From NCBI GenBank assembly GCA_965250005.1, contig OZ252279.1:1680001-1712000 (forward strand): DNA of 32,000 nucleotides, written 5' to 3'. Shown piece after piece: positions 8,772-14,699 of this stretch; within the stretch, counting starts at the first letter, position 1, and every line of letters begins with the position of its first letter. Both the position numbers and the translations under genes were made by a program. Below the pieces are notes generated by a model, which was given only the letters and a program-made list of their open reading frames with translations, was not told the origin of the DNA and searched no databases. Source of the stretch: Demequinaceae bacterium. GTDB lineage: Bacteria > Actinomycetota > Actinomycetes > Actinomycetales > Demequinaceae.

Positions 8772-8823
8772 CGCAATGAGAAGATTGCGGGTTCGATTCC
8801 CTCAGGCGGCTCCGATGCCCCGG
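8772..8823 (+). repeat. Degenerate direct copy of the tRNA-Thr 3' half plus 3' flank (att-like or pseudo-tRNA remnant)
   Basis: Bases 8772-8823 align with 8085-8137 at about 46 of 53 positions by hand. Shared blocks are AATGAGAAG, GGGTTCGATTCCC, AGGCGGCTCCG and TGCCCCGG. The upstream 5' part cannot form an acceptor stem, and the anticodon stem is disrupted. Confidence 0.75.
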
Positions 8824-8868
8824 ACGTAGGTCGTCCGCGCGAGTTCGTGATTCTGAGATGATGAGCGA

Positions 8869-11724
8869 ATGACCGCAACTGTCTCCGCCACCCGCGAGTT
8901 CGCGGCCGCGCTTCGCGAGGCGATCGACGGCGAGGTCGATGGCTCGAAGCGCCGCCGCGCCGAGTACTCAACGGACGCCTCGAACTATCGAGTGGTGCCT
9001 CAGGTTGTGGCGATGCCACGCGATGCTGACGATCTGATTGCGGCGCTTGCCGTAGCGCGTGAACACCAGGTGCCGGTGACGATGCGCGGCGGAGGTACGT
9101 CAGTTGCGGGCAACGCGATTGGCCCTGGTTTGGTGATCGACACCTCGCGCCACATGAACAAGGTGCTCTCGATTGACGCCGACGCGAAGACCGCGCGCGT
9201 GCAGCCCGGCGCTGTGCTCGCTCAACTCCAGTGGAACGCGAGCCAACACGGACTGCGGTTTGGGCCGGACCCTTCCACCGGCACTCGGGCGACGCTGGGC
9301 GGCATGATCGGCAACAATGCCTGCGGGCCGCACGCGGTCGCGTACGGCAAGACGTCTGACAATGTCGTGTCGCTCGACGCGGTGGACGGAACGGGCCGGA
9401 GATTCTTGGCCGCAGATGATCTGGCGGTAATTCCGGGCCTCGAGGCGTTTGTCGCGGCCAACCTCGCGCTCTTCAGGACGGACTTCGGGCGCTTTAGCCG
9501 CCAGGTCTCGGGTTACTCGTTCGAGCATCTGCTCCCGGAGAATGGCAACAGCCTCGCGCGATTCCTGGTCGGAAGCGAAGGAACTCTCGCGACAGTTGTG
9601 GAGGCTGAAGTTGCGCTCAAGGACATTGCGCAAGTGCGACTGATGGCGGTTCTCGGTTACGAGGACATGCCCTCCGCGGCCGATGCAGTGGTGCCGATCA
9701 TGGCACACGGCCCTCACGCGCTCGAGGGACTCGACGCTCGTCTTGTCGAGCGCATTCGCCGCGCGCCCGGCGACCAGCACGTTCCAGAATTACCTGCGGG
9801 CGCTGGGTGGCTGTTCGTTGAGGTGGGCGCCGAAACAAGGGATCAGGCGGAGGCGACGCTCGAAGCGATCATCCGAGATTCGCAGAGCGTCGGCCGCCGC
9901 CAAGTAGACGATCCGCGCGAGGCCAAGGCGCTGTGGAGCATCCGCGCGGCCGGTGCCGGACTCGCGGGCCGGTCTGCCGACAACGCCGAGTCCTGGCCCG
10001 GCTGGGAGGACGCCGCGGTCCCGCCTGAGCACCTGGGCGACTATCTTCGCGATTTTGACGCGCTCATGGACAAGCATGGCGTGGTGGGCCAGCCGTTCGG
10101 GCACTTTGGCGACGGGTGCGTGCACGTGCGCGTGGACATCCCGCTACGCGACGATGGCAGTGCACTGCGCGAATTTGCCGAGGAGGGAGCCGACTTGGTG
10201 ATGAAGTACGGTGGCTCGCTGTCGGGAGAGCACGGTGACGGGCGCGCGCGCAGCGAGCTCCTCAAGATCATGTACTCGGAAGAGTCGATCGCGGCATTCG
10301 GGCAGGTCAAGCACCTGTTTGACCCGAAGAACGTGATGAACCCCGGCGTCATGGTTGACCCTGCTCCGCTGGATGCGGACCTGCGGCGCCCCGCGGCGCC
10401 CGCGGTTCCGCGTGCGGGCGGCTTCGCTTTCGGGCACGATCACGGCGACCTGTCCGAGGCCGTGCACCGGTGCACCGGCGTCGGTTCTTGCCGCGGCGAG
10501 GCGATCCAATACGGCAACGGTTTCATGTGCCCCAGCTACGCCGCAACGGACGACGAGAAGGACGTCACGCGCGGACGCGCACGGGTGCTGCAGGAAGCCA
10601 TCAACGGCGCGCTGATCAAGGGCCTGACCTCGCGCGAGGTGGCGGAGTCTCTTGACCTCTGCTTGAGTTGCAAGGCGTGCTCAAGTGAATGCCCGTCCGG
10701 CGTCGACATGGCCGCGTACAAATCCGAAGTTCTCCACCGGAAGTACCGCCGCCGCTTGCGCCCCATCACGCACTACACGATTGGCCGCCTCCCCGGATGG
10801 CTACACCTGATCGGGCTTGCACCCCGGCTCGTGAACGCTCTCCTCAAGCCGCGCTGGATCGCGAAGACGGCGGTCTGGGTCGCGGGGATGGATACGCGAC
10901 GAACGCTCCCCGTTTTCGCGACGACCCCGTTTCGTAAGTCAGCGGCCGCGCGCGCGAGAGTAGCGGACGGCCCGCCGGAAGCGGCGACAGGGGCTCGGAG
11001 CGTGGTGCTCTGGGCCGACTCCTTCACGGACAATCTTGACCCGGATATCCCCGACGCGATCATCGCGGTCCTCGAGGACGCGGGAATCGAGGTGATCGTC
11101 GCTGGCGGCGCCGCCTGCTGTGGCGTCTCGTACATCTCGACGGGTCAGCTCGACCTCGCGCGCAAGCGGCTCGACGGCCTGCTGGGCGTGCTCGGACCGT
11201 TCGCGATCAACTCGATTCCGATCGTGGGCATAGAACCATCGTGCACGGCGGCGTTGCGGAGCGACCTGGTCGAACTGCTGCCGAACGACCCGCGTGCCCA
11301 TGCCGTGGCGAGTGGCGTATTCACGCTCGCCGAGGTTCTGACGGGCCGAGCGCCTGTTGGCCCGCGCGAAGGCTGGGCGGTGCCATCGCTGGCCGACGTG
11401 ACTACTGTCGTGCAGCCGCATTGCCACCAATACTCGGTCATGGGGTACACGGCGGACCGGGAGGTCCTTGCCGCGGCCGGCGCCGCCGTAACCGAAGCGG
11501 CCGGATGCTGCGGGCTTGCGGGCAACTGGGGTACCGAACGCGGGCACTACGAAACGTCCGTGAAGGTTGCGGAGAACTCGTTGTTACCAAAGCTTCGCAA
11601 GGCGCCCGTGGACGCGATCTACTTGGCCGATGGAATCTCGTGCCGCACCCAAGTGGAGGACCTTGCCGACGTCAAGGGTCAACACCTAGCGCAGCTGCTG
11701 CGCGGCAGGCTCACGGGCAAGTAA
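8869..11724 (+). CDS. FAD-linked oxidase fused to a 4Fe-4S / CCG-domain module (GlcD-GlcF-like 2-hydroxyacid or D-lactate dehydrogenase type)
   Basis: The N-terminus has an FAD-binding PCMH-type region (VTMRGGGTSVAGNAIG) and the oxidase C-domain (GSLSGEHGDGRARS). The middle has the ferredoxin-like motif CLSCKACSSECP. The C-terminus has two CCG motifs (AACCGVSY, AGCCGLAGNWG). Confidence 0.85.
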   Translation: MTATVSATREFAAALREAIDGEVDGSKRRRAEYSTDASNYRVVPQVVAMPRDADDLIAALAVAREHQVPVTMRGGGTSVAGNAIGPGLVIDTSRHMNKVLSIDADAKTARVQPGAVLAQLQWNASQHGLRFGPDPSTGTRATLGGMIGNNACGPHAVAYGKTSDNVVSLDAVDGTGRRFLAADDLAVIPGLEAFVAANLALFRTDFGRFSRQVSGYSFEHLLPENGNSLARFLVGSEGTLATVVEAEVALKDIAQVRLMAVLGYEDMPSAADAVVPIMAHGPHALEGLDARLVERIRRAPGDQHVPELPAGAGWLFVEVGAETRDQAEATLEAIIRDSQSVGRRQVDDPREAKALWSIRAAGAGLAGRSADNAESWPGWEDAAVPPEHLGDYLRDFDALMDKHGVVGQPFGHFGDGCVHVRVDIPLRDDGSALREFAEEGADLVMKYGGSLSGEHGDGRARSELLKIMYSEESIAAFGQVKHLFDPKNVMNPGVMVDPAPLDADLRRPAAPAVPRAGGFAFGHDHGDLSEAVHRCTGVGSCRGEAIQYGNGFMCPSYAATDDEKDVTRGRARVLQEAINGALIKGLTSREVAESLDLCLSCKACSSECPSGVDMAAYKSEVLHRKYRRRLRPITHYTIGRLPGWLHLIGLAPRLVNALLKPRWIAKTAVWVAGMDTRRTLPVFATTPFRKSAAARARVADGPPEAATGARSVVLWADSFTDNLDPDIPDAIIAVLEDAGIEVIVAGGAACCGVSYISTGQLDLARKRLDGLLGVLGPFAINSIPIVGIEPSCTAALRSDLVELLPNDPRAHAVASGVFTLAEVLTGRAPVGPREGWAVPSLADVTTVVQPHCHQYSVMGYTADREVLAAAGAAVTEAAGCCGLAGNWGTERGHYETSVKVAENSLLPKLRKAPVDAIYLADGISCRTQVEDLADVKGQHLAQLLRGRLTGK

Positions 11725-11747
11725 CTACCCGCCCGGTTTGCGGATGA

Positions 11748-12947
11748 CTAGTCGAGGCCCTCAATGAATTCGGAGACCAGCGCGTTGAGTTGCCCGGACT
11801 CGACGAGGAAGCCGTCGTGGCCCACGCCCGAATGCACTAGTTTGACGCCGTGCGACCCGCTCAGGAGCGAGTCGAGCAGCTCGGAGTTTTTGACCGGGTA
11901 GAGGCGATCCGAGTCCACTGCGACGACAAGCGCCGGAGTGTCCACCTTCGCGAGGGCCTTCTCGATGCCGCCTCGCCCGCGTCCAACGTCGTGCGACTGA
12001 ATCGCCTGCGCGAGGCGAATGTATGTGTTTGCGTCGAACCTCAGCGCGAGCTTACGCGCGTGGTGCTCGAGGTAGGACTGCACCGCAAAGCGACCACCAC
12101 CACCGATCGGGTTCTCTTCGCCCTGGTAGGACCGGCCGAACCGCGACGCTAGCTCACCCTCGGATCGGTACGTAGTGTGCGCGATCATGCGCGCGATGCC
12201 GATGCCCACGTGTGGGCCGTCGCCGTCGGCGGCACCGTAGTAGTCGCCATCGCGGAACTTGGGGTCTGCTTTGATCGCGGCAACCTGCGCCGTTGACCAC
12301 GCGAGCTGCTCCGCCGTCGCCGCTGGCGTGGCGCCCACCGGAGCGATGCCGCGCACGCGGCCCGGGGCCATTACGGTCCATTCGACAGCGCGCATGCCGC
12401 CCATGGATGGCCCGGTCATTGCCTTCCACGAATCGACGCCCAGGTGATCAGTCAGCGCGATTTCGGCAGAGACCATGTCGCGCAAGGTGAGGTAGGGAAA
12501 CCGCGATCCCCACGGTTTGCCGTCTTTGGGATGCGCCGATGCGGGGCCCGTGGTTCCCTGACATCCCCCGAGCAGGTTCGCGCACACGACGTAATAGCGG
12601 TCAGTGTCAACGGGCTTGCCCGGACCGACCATGCCGTTCCACCAGCCGCCAGTGTGGTGGCCAGCGCCGGCGGCGCCGGTGGCGTGGGAGTCACCCGTGA
12701 GGGCGTGAGCCACGTAGATCGCATTGTCGCCAGCGTCGTTCAGTTCGCCCCAGGTTTCGTATGCGACGCGCACATCGGGCAGAACGCCCGTGGAGTCGGC
12801 CTCGAGTTCGAGGTCGCCGATATCCGCGAATTGGCGACGGCCAGGGTCATCGCCCTCGCGCCACGCGGCAGAGGTGGGGATGGGCGCGACACGAGAGGGC
12901 CCCGTGTCGGCTGCCCATGCGTCTGTCTCGATACCGTCGTCGTCCAT
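11748..12947 (-). CDS. metX: Homoserine O-acetyltransferase
   Basis: It closely resembles mycobacterial MetX as recalled (HALTGDSH, NLLGGCQGTTGP, GKPWGSRFP, nucleophile GPSMGGM, GHDGFLVE). I prefer the ATG at 12947. The TTG at 13073 would add a Pro/Arg-rich, noncoding-looking extension and overlaps the palindrome at 13065-13080. Confidence 0.88.
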   Translation of the reverse strand: MDDDGIETDAWAADTGPSRVAPIPTSAAWREGDDPGRRQFADIGDLELEADSTGVLPDVRVAYETWGELNDAGDNAIYVAHALTGDSHATGAAGAGHHTGGWWNGMVGPGKPVDTDRYYVVCANLLGGCQGTTGPASAHPKDGKPWGSRFPYLTLRDMVSAEIALTDHLGVDSWKAMTGPSMGGMRAVEWTVMAPGRVRGIAPVGATPAATAEQLAWSTAQVAAIKADPKFRDGDYYGAADGDGPHVGIGIARMIAHTTYRSEGELASRFGRSYQGEENPIGGGGRFAVQSYLEHHARKLALRFDANTYIRLAQAIQSHDVGRGRGGIEKALAKVDTPALVVAVDSDRLYPVKNSELLDSLLSGSHGVKLVHSGVGHDGFLVESGQLNALVSEFIEGLD

Positions 12948-13064
12948 TTCGGGTTCAACCCTAGGCCACTGCGAGCTACGCAAGCCACCCGTGCGTGGCG
13001 GGCTCCCGGCCGCGACGCGACGGGGCTTTCGCGCTGGTGATTGTAGTTCCGGCGCCAGGGGACC

Positions 13065-13080
13065 GTGAGACAAATCTCAC
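13065..13080. promoter_or_regulatory. Perfect palindrome GTGAGA-CAAA-TCTCAC upstream of NlpC/P60 paralog 1 (candidate operator or activator site)
   Basis: The arms are 6 bp with a 4-bp centre. An equivalent element lies upstream of paralog 2 at exactly the same offset (+1492). Its centre is about 55 nt upstream of the inferred TSS. Confidence 0.5.
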
Positions 13081-13113
13081 AAGCCCAGCGCCCTAAGGTA
13101 CAAATCGGTCGCT

Positions 13114-13119
13114 TAGCCT
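13114..13119 (+). promoter_or_regulatory. Candidate -10 box TAGCCT for NlpC/P60 paralog 1
   Basis: This TANNNT hexamer sits in the only conserved patch (C.TAGC.TC.A) of an otherwise diverged 44-nt spacer shared by the two paralog upstream regions. Confidence 0.45.
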
Positions 13120-13126
13120 CGAAGGA

Positions 13127-13207
13127 GGGACATTGTTAACTGGGGAGCGGTGTTCGGCACAGCGACATTGGGAAGCGATGTCGCATGGTGACGAAAGTGA
13201 CGGGAAC
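13127..13207 (+). promoter_or_regulatory. Conserved structured 5' leader of NlpC/P60 paralog 1
   Basis: Blocks GGGACATTG, GGTGTTCGGCAC and TGGTGACGAAAGTGACGGGAACATG are shared with 14619-14699. The hairpin 13162-13168/13178-13184 (GCGACAT/ATGTCGC) is replaced in paralog 2 by a different, still-pairing sequence at the same position. Confidence 0.55.
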
Positions 13208-14479
13208 ATGAAACGGACAGCAATTGGCGCCGTGTTTGCCAGCGCGAAGACGAGCGGACTCACGCTGCGGCAGCGCGCCGCCATGGTGGCGGCAATCGCG
13301 CTACTTGTCACGAGTTATGTGGTCTACGCACCAGGAGCTCCTGCGGACGCGTACAACTATCCGGGCGCGGCTGAAGTAGCGCGCGCCAAAGCCGCAGTCA
13401 ACAACGCGAAGTCTTCAGTCAAGCAGCTTGACGCCGCAATCGTCGAACTAAATCAAGCGATCTACCTTGCCGACGTTGCCAGGCGCGAGGCCGAGGAGGA
13501 CTATTCCGAGGCTCAATGGGCAAACGTTGAGGCGCAGCGGCAGTTGTTCGCGGCGAACAATCGCGCCGACGAAGCGGACAGAGTGCTCGACTCCGCGCGC
13601 GGCGACCTCGCGGTGTTGGCTATGGCGGCCTACCGCGACGGATCGAGTTTTGGCTCTCTTGAGGCGCTCGTGAGCGCTGACGGGTTCGCGGACGTCATCG
13701 CGCGCGTTGAAGCCGCGGACCGGGCCTCGACAGATGCGCAGGTTGTTATAGAGCAGGTGCGCGCTTCCGACATTGTTGCCCAGACAATGCGTGAGTATGC
13801 GCACGGAGCTGCCAAAGCCGCGGTGGCGGCCGAAACCGCTGCACGCGAAGCGTTTGAGGCTGCGCAGGTCGCGTACGCCGCGGCCAAGACCGCGGCGGCG
13901 GAGGCCGAGGCGACTCGGATTCAGCTGGTCGACAAGCTCGCGCAGCTCCGCAAAACGTCGGCGTCGCTTGAGCGCGCGCGTTTGGAGGGTCTCCGCCAGT
14001 CACGTGCGGCAGCGTCACGCCGCGCCGCGGAGGCACGTTTGCGGCTGCTTTCGGGCGGCGCGACGAGCACGGTGTCTTCGGCTGGCGGGCGCTCGGTGAG
14101 CACATCGGCGCAGGGAGTCCAGGCAATGAACTTTGCCCTCGCGCAAGTAGGAAAGAAATACCGGAGCGGCGCGACGGGCCCCGATGCCTATGATTGCTCG
14201 GGACTGACGTCGACTGCGTGGGCATATGCGGGCGTGCGGATCCCGAGGACTTCGCGAACGCAGTACCCGGCGGTGGGACACGTTACCTACGCTGCTGCCA
14301 GGCCTGGCGACCTCATGTTTTGGGGTTCGGGCGCAAACTCGAGCCGCATGTATCACGTCGCGATGTACATCGGAAGCAATCGAATTGTCGAGGGAGGGAC
14401 GCCCAGGTCGGGTATTCACACCCGGGACTGGCGCAACTGGCACCTCGGGGACCTCATGCCATATATGGGACGGCCATAG
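13208..14479 (+). CDS. RipA-like cell-wall endopeptidase: signal/TM, coiled-coil domain, C-terminal NlpC/P60 domain (paralog 1)
   Basis: The NlpC/P60 catalytic region is YDCSGLTSTAW...MYHVAMYIG...GIHTR. A long Ala/Glu/Arg-rich heptad-like region precedes it, and the N-terminus is MKR...AAMVAAIALLVTSYVVYA. I prefer the ATG at 13208 over the track TTG at 13133 because the interval behaves like structured RNA. Confidence 0.85.
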   Translation: MKRTAIGAVFASAKTSGLTLRQRAAMVAAIALLVTSYVVYAPGAPADAYNYPGAAEVARAKAAVNNAKSSVKQLDAAIVELNQAIYLADVARREAEEDYSEAQWANVEAQRQLFAANNRADEADRVLDSARGDLAVLAMAAYRDGSSFGSLEALVSADGFADVIARVEAADRASTDAQVVIEQVRASDIVAQTMREYAHGAAKAAVAAETAAREAFEAAQVAYAAAKTAAAEAEATRIQLVDKLAQLRKTSASLERARLEGLRQSRAAASRRAAEARLRLLSGGATSTVSSAGGRSVSTSAQGVQAMNFALAQVGKKYRSGATGPDAYDCSGLTSTAWAYAGVRIPRTSRTQYPAVGHVTYAAARPGDLMFWGSGANSSRMYHVAMYIGSNRIVEGGTPRSGIHTRDWRNWHLGDLMPYMGRP

Positions 14480-14557
14480 CGGCGCAAGCCGAGATTCGAG
14501 CCTGTGCCGATAAGTAGGTGCGGGTTAGCGTCAGCCACACCGGGCACCAGTCGACCT

Positions 14558-14571
14558 TGAGACGAATCTCA
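14558..14571. promoter_or_regulatory. Palindrome TGAGA-CGAA-TCTCA upstream of NlpC/P60 paralog 2
   Basis: This is the counterpart of 13065-13080 at offset +1492. The flanks are also shared (ACC.TGAGAC.AATCTCACA). Confidence 0.5.
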
Positions 14572-14605
14572 CACGGGAGCCGTGTTCATTGCTTGGGCGT
14601 TGACC

Positions 14606-14611
14606 TAGCAT
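14606..14611 (+). promoter_or_regulatory. Candidate -10 box TAGCAT for NlpC/P60 paralog 2
   Basis: This TANNNT hexamer is at the same offset as TAGCCT at 13114. TGTTCA lies 17 nt upstream and is a possible -35. Confidence 0.45.
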
Positions 14612-14618
14612 CAAGATA

Positions 14619-14699
14619 GGGACATTGCTAGCTGAGGAGTGGTGTTCAGCACGGCACATCCGAGCTTCGGGAGTGCGTGGTGACGAAGGTGACAGGGAC
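14619..14699 (+). promoter_or_regulatory. Conserved structured 5' leader of NlpC/P60 paralog 2
   Basis: See 13127-13207. The hairpin is 14654-14662/14668-14676 (GCACATCCG/CGGGAGTGC, with one A.A and one T.G), and GGTGACGAAGGTGAC lies at 14679-14693. Confidence 0.55.

Noticed and set aside
8740-8811. Possible full-length second tRNA, with a D-arm-like GTGC-AGAAGTT-GCAC and a T arm GCGGG-TTCGATT-CCCTC.
   Set aside because: The acceptor stem pairs at only 5 of 7 positions. The anticodon stem is broken, with a 1-nt deletion relative to tRNA-Thr and no U33. The T stem has a C-T mismatch. The 5' part overlaps an unrelated hairpin (8721-8741). I treat it as a 3'-half repeat or remnant, not a functional tRNA.
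11725-11747. A bidirectional terminator in the 23-nt convergent gap between the FAD/Fe-S oxidase gene and metX.
   Set aside because: Only a 4-bp stem (CCGC/GCGG) is available and there is no T-tract, so it is too weak to call.
13030-13126. Resemblance of paralog-1 upstream sequence (CAAATCGGTCGCTTAGCCTCGAAGG; CCAGGGGACC; two AAATC) to core blocks of the ydaO/c-di-AMP riboswitch (CCGAACCCG.CAGCUAACCUCGUAAGCG; ACGGGGGACC; GAAUC).
   Set aside because: The matching blocks are not shared with the paralog-2 upstream region at the same positions. They overlap or precede the conserved -10-like hexamer, so they would lie upstream of the inferred TSS. The expected hairpins between blocks are missing. 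A cmsearch is still worthwhile, but I cannot support the call.
13133-13207. Track starts (TTG at 13133 and 14625) that add about 25 aa (MLTGERCSAQRHWEAMSHGDESDGN / MLAEEWCSARHIRASGVRGDEGDRD) to the two NlpC/P60 proteins.
   Set aside because: The interval shows paired compensatory substitutions that maintain a stem, and its central part is not conserved at the protein level. An inferred -10 box would place the TSS only about 6 nt before the TTG. The ATG...MKR plus hydrophobic segment is a normal signal-peptide start.
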